A DNA stretch of 63,994 bases, filler included, from Bonamia ostreae (GCA_040357525.1; 14 parts of 14 records of this genome joined end to end with filler, not necessarily neighbours in it); one strand, 5' to 3'; counted from the whole stretch's first letter, positions 41,374-55,201 are shown. Translations and numbers: made by a program. Notes: generated by a model from the sequence alone, not told the origin.

Positions 41374-41589
41374 NNNNNNNNNNNNNNNNNNNNNNNNNNN
41401 NNNNNNNNNNNNNNNNNTTAATTAATTAANNNNNNNNNNNNNNNNNNNNNNNNNNNNNNNNNNNNNNNNNNNNAAATCTAATTATAATTGTAAAAAGATG
41501 TCCAAAAATTTTTATTATTACAAAAATTTCAAAAATGCAGTTCAAAAAATTAAAAAAAAACACAAATATGATAAAATTAAGACAAGCGT

Positions 41590-41838
41590 TTAATATATAT
41601 ATGCTTCACCGATTCTTTCATATGAAGTTGGATTTTTTTTTAAAGCATCATAACAATATAATACAAAAGTTGATACAGTAAAGAATATTCCTAAAAAGAA
41701 GATGACGTTAAGATCAGCCAAATGTTCTGATTTTAGCTCCGCCAATTCATTAACTAAAATCGTAGCTATAATTATAGCGACACCAAGAGAAGCCGAAACG
41801 ATAGCTTTTATTAAATTATTTTTTCTTTCGCTATCCAT
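41590..41838 (-). CDS. Small two-TM orphan protein, paralog A
   Basis: 82 aa with two hydrophobic helices; shares upstream motifs with paralog B. Confidence 0.65.
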   Translation of the reverse strand: MDSERKNNLIKAIVSASLGVAIIIATILVNELAELKSEHLADLNVIFFLGIFFTVSTFVLYCYDALKKNPTSYERIGEAYIY

Positions 41839-42210
41839 TTTTTGGGTTTGTTAATTTAAATTTTATTGTGGATTGTTACAAAAACAAAGCTCTTTAGGTT
41901 TGAATGGACTTTGTGATTCTCCGATATATAAACTTCATTTTAAAAACAAATATGATTTTAGTTTCTTTTCTATNNNNNNNNNNCTATAAAAAGTTTCTTT
42001 AAAAAGTTCAGTTTATTTTTGGTTTAATTTGTTTTTTTCCAATTTTTTTGGTAATTACGCTTGAATAAGCTTTTCATCGACTTTAAAAATGTTTTATCTT
42101 CGTAATTTGAATAATTTTTTGGTAATTTTTATCTCGTTTAAAATATAATTGCTGACATTTTTTGGGTCGTTAAATTAATAACAAATAAGATCAAATAAAT
42201 TTAATATGTT

Positions 42211-42614
42211 CTAATAGTGTACCAAAATAGTCTGAATATTTTCGGCCGGCGATGTACTTCCATCTTTATTATTTTTAAATAAGATCAAATTATTAATTAT
42301 GAATAAATAGTTTATCGGATAACGCGTTGCTAGATCCTCATCACTAAATCTATTCAGATTGGATGTTGTTGCTTCGCCACGGTCTATATATGCAACACAA
42401 CAGAATATAGCCACTACTCCAATAACAAATCCTGAAGCGACGAAACCGGTGGTGATCTTTGAAACGATTTCTTTAAATTAACAAAAAAACCTTTATCGAT
42501 ATCTCCGACATGATTAATGACAATCGTAGTTACAATCAAAGCGGCAGCAACAGCAAACAAGATAAGAGCTCTGTGTTGTTTTTTTATAAAAGTAGTAATC
42601 TTTCTTTGAACCAT
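42211..42614 (-). CDS. Small two-TM orphan protein, paralog B (1-2 introns)
   Basis: ALIVTTIVINHVGDI resembles AIIIATILVNELAEL in paralog A; a 20-nt gtttttttgttaatttaaag intron joins the second TM. Confidence 0.65.
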
Positions 42615-43034
42615 TTTTCGGGTTTGTTTATTAAATTTATAGCAAAATATAACAAAAACAAAGCTCTTTGTGTTGTTATAATTCTCGGATATATAAACTT
42701 CATTTTTATATGAATTCTCGGATTTTAAATGTTTTTTCAAATATACTTTATTCGATATGTTTTTTGTGACTAATCCTGCTAATTTCTATTGAGGTCTAAT
42801 TGGTTGTTTCGTTTTCTTGGTTGTTACGTTTTCTGCTAATTGGTTGTTAAGTTTCAAAAAATATGTGTTAACGAATTAAAAAATGAAGCGAATAAATGTT
42901 TCAGAAATTTAAAACTAAAAAATGTTTGAAAAAATCAAAATGATTTATTCCCCCGTTTTCTTGCAAATTTTCCTAACGAATTTTTGTAAAAAGGATTTAA
43001 TAAACGAACAATTGGACAAAACTTGATTTATAAA

Positions 43035-43458
43035 TTAAAACGAAGGACGATTGCGCAAATCAACACAATTGTAATGTTCAATATTGTCATTAAAGTTTCC
43101 AAATCCCATATTTTCTCTAATCTCATCATCTTTGCATGGAATATTTATTGTTTATTAAATAAGTTTCAAAATATATTGCATCGAAAAAAATTAAGAAAAA
43201 TAGTTTAGATTTAGACAATCAATTATAAATATATCTCTTTTTTGCACAAGGCACTTTTTCAGGACAAAATCTGCAAATGAAACATGAATTTTGATATCTC
43301 CTTCTGTATTTAAAGTTGATTGGTAACAATAAAAACCTGCAGAGTGGAAACAGAAATACGACTAAATAAATAAAAATTTAAAAACGAATTGCAACAATCA
43401 GAGAAACCTCCAAAATCGAAAGAAAAATAAAAAATCCAAAATAAAATTTATCCGACAT
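43035..43458 (-). CDS. Possible small multi-exon hypothetical protein
   Basis: ATG at 43458 with a hydrophobic start and phase-compatible GT-AG introns; the last-exon frame is ambiguous. Confidence 0.3.
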
Positions 43459-43654
43459 TATTTAAATTTGGCTTTTTGCAATATTTAATTTGCATGCACA
43501 CTTTTATAAGAAATGTTGAAGATTTAATAAATGAATGTTTAATATACAATATTTTTTTAATTTGTCGTTCCATTTAACTAAAATTTCGTTTTGTTTAAAA
43601 TCATAATAATTCTATATATAATTTGAAAAAAAAGAGCTTAAAATTGTTTGGTAA

Positions 43655-45483
43655 ATGATTGCCGGAATAGCAAAGCATCTTTTAAAACAGTTACTTAATT
43701 TTTTCATTTCTTTTCTATATTCAACTTCTCTTTTGGTCTTCAATACGATAAGGTACTTTCAGAGTTACCTTTTTGGCAACAAAAAAACAATAAAGTTTCT
43801 TCTAATTACTAAAAGTTTTAAAAAATCAAATTTGAAAATTACCATTCTTGAGCAAATCGGAGAAGGGGGATATTCATTTGTGTACGCGGCAAAAGACCAA
43901 ACCGGAAGACGATTTGCAGTCAAAAAAGCTCTTGTTCAAAGTAAAGAGCAAAAAACGGTAAATTTTGTAATGTCGTTAATGTAACAATAAAATAAAAAGC
44001 AAACAGACAAAGAAATAACAACAATGAAGGAATTCGATAGTCCTTATCTTTTAAAACTCATCGACGAAAAAAAAGAGCCACATGACAGTTATCTCAATTT
44101 TTATAACCATTTTTTGTTATTGCCATTCATCGAAGTTTTTATTTTCTGTGCTTTATAAAAACATCTACACAATTATGCGTCACAAATCAAAATCACAAAG
44201 AATTGTTAAAAATAAAGCTAATTCAATAATATAAACAAAATAATTGGATTGCCAAAAAATGTAAAAAATCAAAAACTGGATTGCCAAAAATTGTTTAAAA
44301 ATAACGCAAAAATTGCAATAAAATCCAAATAAACAAAATCTGCAAATCAATAAATTTATCGATATAATTTGACCAAAAATGTAAAAAAAATTATTAAAAA
44401 TAATTTGCAAAAATTCACCAAAAATTAGTTAAAATTGCTATAAAATCCAAATAAACAAAATCTGCAAATCAATAAATTTCACCAAAAATGCAAAAAAATT
44501 ATTAAAAATAATTTGCAAAATTCACCAAAAATTAGTAAAAATTGTTATAAAATCCAAATAAACAAAATCTGCAAATCAATAAATTTATCGATATAATTTG
44601 ACCAAAAATGTAAAAAAATTATTAAAAATAATTTGCAAAAAAGCAAATTTAAATCGTAAAAACTTGTAAATAATAACAATTTTACGACCCAAAAAAATAA
44701 AAAGCAAGGAAGTCTTCAAGACATTCTCAATAAAAGAATATACAGCGGAAACCTTTTCGAAGAAAAGACCATTTTTACCATTTTCGGAAAAATTTGCGAA
44801 GGAATTAGAACTCTCCACGATTCTGAGCCGCCATTGGCTCACAGAGACATCAAACTCGGAAATGTGCTCGTCGATTCTGTTTACAATCCGTTCATAATGG
44901 ATTTCGGCTCTGTTTCCGAAGCCCGTAGACAAATCCGTTCGAGAGAAGACGCCGTCGAACTTTCTGATTGGGCTTCGATGCATTGTACAAAGTTTTACAT
45001 TTTTGTAAGTTTTTGGCTATTTTTATCTTTTCGACAAATTTGCAATTTTTCGTTTTTCTTGTTTATTTTTGACCAATTTTGAATTTTTGCTATTTTTGGT
45101 TTAATTTATCTTGCGCCAATTTTATAATTTCGTTAACAATACGAATTGAAAGTGCCTACAGACCACCCGAATTACTAGATTGCCCCAGTGAAATAGACGT
45201 CGACGAAAGAACAGACATTTGGGTTTTCATCTTAACAATAAAGTCGCTGGGATGTCTTTTGTACGGAATGGCGTTCGGCCAATCGCCGTTTGAAGACAGC
45301 GGAGGAACAACAAGTGTGACCTTGGCAGTTTTTAGTGGCAAAATAGCCTTTCCGGAAGATAACAAGTATTCGAAAGATTTTGTAAAGATGGTTAAGTGGA
45401 TGGTCAACTTAAATGCTGAAGAACGTCCTTTTATTAAAGATGTCATCGAAAGAATTAAGAACTTATTGAATAATCATAAATGA
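43655..45483 (+). CDS. STK16: NAK-family Ser/Thr kinase (STK16/Env7-like)
   Basis: IGEGGYSFVY, FAVKK, AHRDIKLGNVL, MDFGSVSEAR...DWASMHCT, YRPPELLD, DERTDIWSLGC. Confidence 0.88.
44290..44640. repeat. Compound tandem repeat in an STK16 intron
   Basis: Three copies of aaaatccaaataaacaaaatctgcaaatcaataaattt...aaattattaaaaataatttgcaaaa. Confidence 0.9.
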
Positions 45484-45718
45484 TTTTTAAAATGCCCCAA
45501 AACTTTATTTTTAGCTCTAAAGCTGATCTTCTAAAGTCCGATGGCTTTTTAAGATCAAATTTTAAAGGAATGGCGGAGATTAAATTTTATTACTTAAAAA
45601 CATAGTCATTTAAATAAATGACCGATTATAAACAACAGTCTATTTTGGAGACCATTTTACAAAATTTATCTAAAAATTAAGCTAAACAAATCTAGCCACA
45701 ACAAATATAATTGAAATA

Positions 45719-45950
45719 ATGGAAGAAAATGGCAAACCTCTCCCAATCTTGTTGCGCTGGATTGCCCCTTTCAGCATTTTCGTCCCGATTGTCGAAAAAC
45801 CAAAACGGCCCGTTTCTTTTCGAGAAAGATGTCTCTGGACTGTTCTAGCTCTTTTGTTCTATCTCGTTTGTTGCCAGATCCCACTTTACGGGATAATGAG
45901 GAACACTAGTTCGGATCCCTTCATTTGGTTTCGAATGGTTGTCGCTTCCA
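45719..45950 (+). CDS. SEC61A: Sec61 alpha subunit, 5' fragment
   Basis: PKRPVSFRERCLWT...YLVCCQIPLYGI...SSDPFIWFRMVVAS. Confidence 0.95.
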
Positions 45951-46132
45951 NNNNNNNNNNNNNNNNNNNNNNNNNNNNNNNNNNNNNNNNNNNNTTAATT
46001 AATTAANNNNNNNNNNNNNNNNNNNNNNNNNNNNNNNNNNNNNNNNNNNNTTCTTGTGTAGTGTTGAATTTTTTAGTAAGATCTTTTTATATAAATAATT
46101 TTATGCCAAATTTTGCAAATGAAAAATAGAAA

Positions 46133-47021
46133 CTTCTGAAATGATGCCAAATCGAGCAAAGAGCTCTTTGAGCTGTTCGCTTTTGTACATAAGCGGAAGT
46201 CCGCAGACGTAGAGATTTGTTGTAGAAAGAATTTGATTTTCTGGTCGAGCTGTGAAAATTAGATTATTATCCGTTTGGTAATTTTTATCCATTTCGTCGG
46301 TTTTAAAGTATTCCGATCAAAATTATAAAATTTAGCAATTTTTAATTTGATTACATCGATTAACTTTAATAACAAATTTAGTTGTGTTGAGCTAATTTTC
46401 AGTTTTCAATGTTTCTCAAAAACTTGTTTGTTTTAAAACAAATTTCTGATAACACATTTTAAGAACATTCTTCACAATTTTTTATAGACAATGTGATAAA
46501 GCTTAAGACCATTATATTGTAAATGATTAAAATGTGTAAAAATGATTAAAAGTGTAAAATGTACCAAAAGAAGCTCGGATATAATGAGATTCGATTACTT
46601 TTCCGTTTACACCTTTGATAGCGTTATATGCGTTATTGAGGTCCGAAAATGCGACAAAGCCATAACCTGTCGGATTTTCTATTTAATTAAAAACCAATAA
46701 ACAAATTTTGTATAAAATCCATTTCAAAAAACAAAATTTTCACGATTTTCGTTACCGAATTTTATTAAACAAAAGTGAAAAATTTTAGCAGAAAGTCACC
46801 TGCTTTGTGTTTTAAGAATTTGATATAAGAAATTTCCCCAAAAGGATTGCAAAGTTTTTCCAAATCATCTTTAGTCATTGAATTTGGCAAATTGTCGATG
46901 TAAATTTGAGCCCGAGGATGCTAAACTTTAAAAGTCCAACCTCATTTTCAAAGTTGATTAGTCTGTGTTGTGTGGAGTTGTTTTCATTGAATTTTGATTG
47001 TGATTCAATTGTGGCTGACAT
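46133..47021 (-). CDS. ELAV/Sxl-like multi-RRM RNA-binding protein, 3' truncated
   Basis: IYIDNLPNSMT, GYGFVAF (RNP1), ARP...TNLYVCGLP. Confidence 0.8.
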
Positions 47022-47675
47022 TATATCTTATCTGACTAATATTTTATGAGAGAGCTTTAAGTTTATATTATATCGATATGGTTTAGGTTTAACGATTTTT
47101 AATTGATGTGGAATAGAACATTCTACGTAAAAATAATTCCAAAACTTGAAATTTGTTCTTTTAATTGGACAAAAGAATATTGCAAAGATCGTAAATTATT
47201 AGGTTATCAATAATTGAAATGAAAGTATTAAAACGCAAATGGTGCAGATCCAATTTGGAATTTTATAAATATCAAAGTAAAATTTTATGTATTTTCGTCA
47301 AATCGTTTGTTGCCTTTCTCAGATTGAATGGCGTAAAGGAATTCGTAAAGTGTCTTCTTTTCATCTATTTCAGGTTCTCTTCTGAAGTGATCAGTTATCA
47401 TTTCCACATATTTTTCCTTTGAAGCAGTTAAAGGTATTTCTGTCATATTGAAGAAAGCCCTGTATTTCCTCAGCGAGCTTAATTTGAGCTTTGAAAAAGA
47501 CGGCTATTTTAATTAAATTGCCAAATTAAAATTTTACAAATTTAATTACCAAATTTGAATCCATTCGTCAGTTTGTCTAAATCAAATTATAAAAATTCGT
47601 ATAATTATAATAGTTCAAAAAGCCTAATTCATTTCTACAGCTTTCACATATAATTTTTATCTTATCAAGCTTAAA

Positions 47676-48316
47676 ATGTCTATCACAAGATTGTTTAAGA
47701 GTATTCTTGTTTTTATAAAACAGAATTGGAGACAAGTGTCAGCTCACGATATCGCGAGTTTCTTGTTTGTACTGCTCATTGCTGTTTATTTGGTCTCAAA
47801 AAATCACTTATTTTTTTCTGTTTAATTACTTAAATTTAGTTTTTCATTTTGTTGTCCTATTTCATCCTCCTTTCTATCAAAATGTTTACTGCTTATATCG
47901 TTTTCTTCGAACATGACGATTATCAAGATGAAATCGTTTCAATATTTTTTAACAAAAATTAAAAGCGATCAATGCAAAATATTGTCAGAATTTTCGGAAT
48001 GGATCCCGTAAACCTGCGACTTACCCTCCGCGGCGGAGACTTCACAAGCGAAGATTACGAAAGTCTTCTAGAACTTGATCAAAACATTTCGATCAATAAA
48101 GGATTGTCTGAAAATATGAAAATCTTGTTTCCGGTTACCAAAGCGGACGAATCGGTTTTGAAAATGCAAAAAGTGTGCTCCGTTTGTTTGGAAAATTTGG
48201 ATTTAGGGAACGAGCTGAGAAGTTTGCCTTGTTCTCATTTTTTCCATACGGAATGTATAGACAAATGGTTTGAGCTGTCTACAAAATGTCCTGTTTGCAA
48301 CAAAAATTTTAAATAA
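47676..48316 (+). CDS. RING-H2 E3 ligase with probable N-terminal TM segments; 5' exons uncertain
   Basis: DFTSEDYESLLELD and CSVCLE...LPCSHFFHTECIDKWF...CPVC. Confidence 0.85.
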
Positions 48317-48319
48317 ATG

Positions 48320-48737
48320 TTATTTTTTCCTTGTCGTCAGTTTTTCCGTGTATTGGCCAATTTTCTTTAAGTTTTTATAAATAAAAATTTAATCAAATAT
48401 CCCATTTATAAAATTTTTTCGAAGATTCGCACATTAAAAGACGATTTTTAGCAAAATTTTATCTTCTTGTAGACGAAATTTTAATCAAAATTTTAATCAA
48501 AATTTGATTTTTCGCACATAAAAAAGTGTTGTATTAGTCCAAATTAAAAATAGATTTGATTGATTTTAATATCGATTAAACCATTTTTATGAACGATAAT
48601 AGTTCTTGATCTTTTCTGATAAAAATATGGTTATTGTCTAGTTCGAAAATGTCAAATTTCTTATTGTTCTGCAATGTCTTTATGTATTCTTTCATTGCCG
48701 GGTCGCATTTTATTACGATGCCCTCTGTTTTTCTCAT
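48320..48737 (-). CDS. GTF2H5: TFIIH subunit p8/TFB5, 1 intron
   Basis: MRKTEGIVIKCDPAMKEYI...ELDNNHIFI...|KIGQYTEKL. The CDPAMK motif is characteristic. Not in the ORF track. Confidence 0.85.
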
Positions 48738-48749
48738 TCAATAATATAA

Positions 48750-50527
48750 ATGGATTGTTATATAAGGAATTATTAATTTGTTTTAAATTAGCCAAATTTT
48801 TCGAAAAATATTGTAAATTTTTTGCAAAATATCGCTAAAGTTTTATAAAATAATGTTTACGTCAAAAATTTTAGATCACTCAAACAAAAATGGCAATATT
48901 AAGAAAGTAGACAAAAACAAAAATTCAGATCCATCAAAAATAGACAAATTTCGCCAAAATTTGGACAAATTTATCGAAAACGTTTTCAAAATTTAAAAAC
49001 AGAAAATAACGTTGAAAAAATTTTACAACACGTCAATTTTATTAATCCAAAAACAAATTGCAGAAAAACAAAATATAAAAACAGCTATTTTGGAAATAAC
49101 AAATTGTTTGCACATTTTTTTAAGCTTTTTTAATCAAATATCCTTAAAAACCGACATTAAATCGAACCATTTTGTCGTTACAAACGTAACTTTGTACATA
49201 ATTTGCAAAATTGCCGATTTGTTATTGATAATTAACTGGGAAATCGTTCCTGACTCAACTGTTACCAAAAATATTCTATATTCCAAGATTACGGATACGT
49301 ACTTTTGTTACAATACCTTTTTACTTAAAGATTGCAAGAATGTTAAAAAGTGCCGATTTTTATATTCTTTGCAAATTTTGAAAAATTTGAAAAGTCTTTT
49401 GACCGTTTTGTGGTCACCTTGGAGAATAAAAACGTCATGAATTTTATTACAGAAAGACAACTCAAAATTATTTCTTATTCGAAAAATAACAATGAATTAA
49501 TTCGATCAACAAAATTTATAAAAAACATATTATTAGTTAACAAAAATTTAAACTTATCAGAGAAAAATAAATTTTTGATTAAAAAATGTGAATATACTCT
49601 GGCGAAAATTTACTTAAAGCGATTTAAATTCGACAAATTTTTGAATATTTGTAATCAGTTTTTTTTTTATTTTTGCTAATTTTTAAATTATGAAAATAAT
49701 TTTGGTAAAACGATTATTGATAAAAAGAACATTAAGTGACGATAAAGAATATTTACAAAGTGTACTTTGTTTGATTAGTACACACAAAAAATCGAAGGAT
49801 ATTAAAAAATGTTTATTGGGAATATCATTTAAACTATTTCAAAGTTTTTATTATTTATAAATAGTTGAAATTTCATCTGAAGATTTTTATTGTGACGAAT
49901 TGCTAATTAAAAATTGTCTAAGAATTATTTTTAAAAATGGTGGATCGGAAAAAATAACTAAATATTTTCAAATTATTAAAAAAATTAAAATTTGTAAAAT
50001 AATAACGAATTTTTTAGAATTGCAAAAGATGAAAAAAGAAAAAAAATTTCTTATTATCACTCGCTTATATTGTCATTGCGATAATTTATTCTTCTCAAAA
50101 TTTGGTCAAAATGAACTGAAATATTTTTCCGATTTTTCAAAAATGTAAAATTTTTACGATTTAATTTTTTTTAACTTAATTTTGACAAATGTTAGAACAT
50201 TTTTCATTAAATATTTTTTATTAAATAATTTTAAAAAAGAATTTATAAATGTTCGAAAAATATATCAGAAATAGTTCGTTTTTACGCAATCTTAAACCAC
50301 TTTTTATCGACCAAAAACATTAAATTGGTTATCAAAATAGAAAAAAACTAGGAAAATTCTTTGCGATAAATTTTCAAAGAACAAATCGATTAATTTTAAA
50401 AATGAACACCACATTTTATTAACAAAATTAAAAGATTTTGCAAAAAATTTAAGAATTGAAATGCCAATGATTCACAAAAATTTTTATATCATTAATCTGA
50501 TTTTAACTAAAATAAATTTTACAGTGT
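48750..50527 (+). CDS. Hypothetical multi-exon protein, 3' truncated; start uncertain
   Basis: Chain of + strand ORFs linkable through gtt...ag introns; no recognised motif. Confidence 0.45.
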
Positions 50528-50869
50528 NNNNNNNNNNNNNNNNNNNNNNNNNNNNNNNNNNNNNNNNNNNNTTAATTAATTAANNNNNNNNNNNNNNNNN
50601 NNNNNNNNNNNNNNNNNNNNNNNNNNNGGATGATGTTATAATTTTTTTGTTTTAAGCGTTTTAAGATCACATTTTTTAAAGCTTTATGTTTTTTGTTTTT
50701 ATCAAATCGTTTTTTAATATTGTTTGTTTTTTTTAAACTGTGAACAAAACATAAATTGGAGAGATTTCATTAAATCTGAATCGACTGAAAAAATTGTCAG
50801 CCCAAATTTAATCAACGTACCATTTCAATGAACCGACATTACTTAAAATAAACATTTTCTTTTCAACAG

Positions 50870-53058
50870 AAGGAGCTTTTCTTTGATTTGGAAGCCCTCT
50901 ATGGCCACTTAGAGCGAAGTCACGTAATGTGCCAGTTTTGCAGAACACAAGGACGGCATGTATACGAAGCGAACAGAGAAGGAATAAAAGAACACTACCG
51001 CAAGAGCCATTTTATGTGCGAAGCGCCAGAATGCGTTGCGGAAGGGTTTGCCGTTTTCGCAAACGCGATAGATTTAAACGACCATTATGTTAAATTTTAT
51101 TAATGAGCCAGATCCATTTCCACGGGAAGGAAATCAGCGCCGCAGAACTAGAGCAAATCAAAGAGAATTCTGGTTATATTAGCTTAAGAGACAATCAGGA
51201 GCCCACACAATGTTTAAAACTACAAAATTAGTCACAATCAACAGAAGAAACACTCGCGAAACTTTTGTTCCCAACTCAACTTCTGGCAACAAAAACCACC
51301 CAATTTCGTTCATAAACACTTTGATTTCTTTTCCAGAGTTACCGAGAACAAGAGTTCCCGTCGCAAAGGTTAGCCCCGAAGCGAAAAAAAGAGTCAACAC
51401 AAAAATATCAGACAAAATTGGCGGGAAAATAAATTCGATTTCTTTCCCGCCATTGCCAAAATCCAATTTGGCCCAAAACATTAAAACGGAGACGAAAAAG
51501 ACTAGAAGCAAAACTGACATTTATTTGGACAGACTGATAAAGGGAGGAAATGAATCTACCAAAAAAATTGCAAATTCTAAAAAATTTGCGAAAATAAAAC
51601 GTTTTGATATGTTTGATGAGAACAAGCCGAAACCGATCCCTTTTTCCTATGAACAGCTGCCAGAGTTAAATCCAATATTCTTAACCTTTTTTAGTTCAAA
51701 ATTTTTGACTCTTTTTATTTTTTTTTGAACTTTAATAAAATTTTTTGTTTCGTTTTTTAAATTCTTTTTTCATTTTTTTGAAAAAAATTTTACTTTGTTA
51801 AAAATTTATTGAAAATAAAGATTTTTTTAAATTTTGAAAATAAAGACGCCATGCCAATCTGCATAAAAGATTGAAACAATTGGGAGGTTCAGCAAAATTT
51901 AAAAAGTTTCGAGAACTCTATTTTAAGTTCACGGCTGAAAATCTTCCAGCAGTTTTTTTTTTAAATTTTAACATCAAAATTTTGCTACAACATTTTTTTT
52001 GTTTTAAAATTTTTGGAAATTTCTATTTTTCTAAAGGAAGATTTTTGCTACAAATATTTATCAGTTTTTGGTGTAAACGAGCATTCGATGATATCTTTAT
52101 ACGAAATTGTACGGCTAATAACAATTGAATCAAAATCCGATAAGCTCTACAAAGTCTGTTTAAAAACAGATTTTTCAAAATTTACAAAGAAAAACATTAT
52201 CAAATACAACAAAAGCAAAAGTAGCGACATATTTTTAAAGGACAAGTTTTTGCAAAAAGACGAAAAAATCGAAAAACAAGAAAAAATTGACAATTTGAAA
52301 AAATCACTGGAAGATCTTGATTTAAAAGAAGAGATTATTGAAAGAATCGATATCGAAAATTTATATTCTCGAAAACTGCAGAACTTTGATGTTAACAAAA
52401 ATCAGTCATTTTTTAAAATTCTGGCAAAGTTTTTTGCGATGGAACTGATCGTTCGGCTAAAAAATAACCAGATTTTTCCAAGCGAAGATAAGTTGAAAAA
52501 ACTGCAAGAAGAAGCCATTATATTTTCAAATTTTATTAAAAAAGAAAATGGCGGAAGTTCGCCAAATCTATTGGCCGTTAGAAAACTGGATTCGTTTAAA
52601 GCATTAAGAAAAAGCACAGCTGAAAATGTGGCCGGTGTCGTTGATATTTACCGACAGAAAAAATCTAGTAGTTTTTGGTTGAAGCATAGTGTTGAATTGG
52701 ATTTCTTAAAAATCGATTTTTGATATTTTTCGCTCATTTTTGTTAATTTTAGCAATTTTTGGTTAATTTTATAAATTTTTCGCTCATTTTTGTTAATTTT
52801 AGCAATTTTTGGTCGTTTTGGTTAATTTTAGCAATTTTTGGTCATTTTGGTTAATTTTATAAATTTTTCGCTCATTTTTGTTAATTTTAGCAATTTTTGG
52901 TAGTTTTTGTTAATTTTATAAATTTTTTGCTCATTTTTGTTAATTTTAGCAACTTTTGGTCATTTTTGTTAATTTACAAAAATTTAAAGATGACGATAGA
53001 CGAACTATTTTCACTTTTTGTTTATTTGGAAAAAGCTCTGACAGCGAAAGAAATTTAG
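50870..53058 (+). CDS. ZNF598/Hel2-like C2H2 zinc-finger protein, 5' truncated
   Basis: LYGHLERSHVMCQFC...HYRKSHFMCEAPEC...FAVFANAIDLNDH, followed by FPEL/FPPL motifs. Confidence 0.8.
52725..52975. repeat. Intronic tandem repeat
   Basis: Copies of tttttcgctcatttttgttaattttagcaatttttgg. Confidence 0.9.
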
Positions 53059-53080
53059 TTTTTAGATAAAGCGAAAGCAT

Positions 53081-55036
53081 TTAATTTGTCCATTTAATCT
53101 TTCCGAGATCAATTCCTTGATTGACCATATCCCACAGCGGCGAAATATCTCTCAATTTGTTAACATGCTTTACTGTCTCTCTTATCGCTGTGTCGACTTC
53201 TTCTTCCGTTGTAAATCGCCCTATTCCGTATCTTTATATTTAATTACAAAGCTTTAATTTTATAAGCTTTTCGCACAATTTGATAACTTTTTAATTTCCA
53301 ATTATTAAATGCTGCATATAACTGATGCACACATCGCAGCGCAGACATAAATTACAACGAAATACAATTTTATGCAAAACTTTATAAAAAAACACAAAAA
53401 TGCAAAAATTTGAAAAGCTCCAAAAATTACATAAACGCAAAAATTAAAGTCCTACCTTATGGATGTATGCGCCATATCGTCAGAGACACCTATGGCCCTC
53501 AAAACGTAAGATGGCTCTAAACTTTCCGAAGTGCAAGCGGATCCGCTGCTTACCGCTATTTTGTTCATTCCCATCATTAGACTTTCTCCCTCTACACAAG
53601 AAAAACTCAAATTAATGCATCCGGGATATCGCTCTTTTTCATCTCCATTCAAAGTGATTTTGTCGAGCTGTGACCTTATTCCAGTTAACAGCTTCGAAGC
53701 CAAACGCGAAACGTGTTGGTAATCCTGGTCGAGATTGTTATGGCTCAACTCACACGCTTTGCCAAGCCCGACGCATAGAGCGGGCGAAAGAGTCCCGCTC
53801 CTCAATCCGCGTTCTTGTCCGCCGCCACTGAATAAGGGAACTAAACGTACTCTCGGACGTTTTCTTACATACAGAGCGCCTGTTCCTTTTGGCCCATAAG
53901 TCTGTTTTTTTTTACATTTTTTCAAACAGCAAATTGTGATTTTCTGATTTTTAAATATTCTAAAAACTATTCAACAAAAAATATTTATTCGGCAAAAAAA
54001 TATTTAATCAACAAAAAAATATTTAATCAACAAAAAAATATTTAATCAACAAAAAATATTTAATCAACAAAAAAATATTTAATCAACAAAAAAATATTTA
54101 TTCGACAAAAAATATTTATTCGACAAAAAATATTTATTCGACAAAAAAATATTTATTCGACAAAAAAATATTTATTCGACAAAAAATATTTATTCGACAA
54201 AAAAAATATTTAATCAACAAAAAATAAAATTTCCAAATTATCAAAATTAAAGATTGTACTTTGTGACCAGAAATTGAGAGAGTAGCAACATTTAACGCCC
54301 GGACATCTACGGGGATTTTTCCGACGGCTTGAGCGGCGTCGCAATGAAAATGAACATTGTGTTTTTTGCAGATTTGGCCAATTTTTTCCACAGGTTGAAT
54401 AACGCCGATTTCGTTGTTTACGAACATTGCGCAAACGATCGATGTTTTGTCTGGAATTATTGCTTTTTCAAGCACCTTAATTTTTAAAATTTTTAAGTGA
54501 CATTTTATTAATTATCGACAGAATGCAAAATTAAACTTTTAAGTCAACCAATCCATTTTTTAATACGGGTAAATAAGTTATTTTGAATCCTCTTGTTTCT
54601 AAAAAACGGCAAGAGTCTAAAACGCATTTATGCTCCTTTGAGATTTTATAAAATTTGGTTGTTTTTAAACTGTTTGTAAAGCGATTAGGTGGTTTTTGCG
54701 AGATTTATAAAATTCAGCCATTCCTTTTATTGCGAGATTATTTGATTCGGTCGCTCCAGATGTAAAAATAATTTCTCTTGATTCCGCGTTTATTAATCTT
54801 TATAATTAAAATTTTTTAAAATTGAACATTTTTTCCGATTCAAATTTTACAAATTAAAACAATTTTTTATTCAATTTTGTAATTGACTTTTAAATATTTA
54901 AACTTTGCTATTTTTTCTCTTGCATCTTCAACGGCTTCTTCTGTTTCCCACCCAAACACTTTTGAAAATTAGAATAATTTTTGTCAAAACTGTGATTTCT
55001 CGAATGCGGGTTTCCATATTTATCCGTGAAAAATGG
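53081..55036 (-). CDS. NFS1: Cysteine desulfurase, 5' truncated
   Basis: [75 protein letters not shown]. Confidence 0.97.
53970..54225. repeat. About 18-bp tandem repeat in an NFS1 intron
   Basis: About 13 copies of aatatttaatcaacaaaaa / aatatttattcgacaaaaa. Confidence 0.93.
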
Positions 55037-55201
55037 CTTTTTGTTATTTTATTTTTTTGTTATTTTAAAGTTTTTTTTGTCATTTTAATTTTTTTTGTTA
55101 TNNNNNNNNNNNNNNNNNNNNNNNNNNNNNNNNNNNNNNNNNNNNTTAATTAATTAANNNNNNNNNNNNNNNNNNNNNNNNNNNNNNNNNNNNNNNNNNN
55201 N

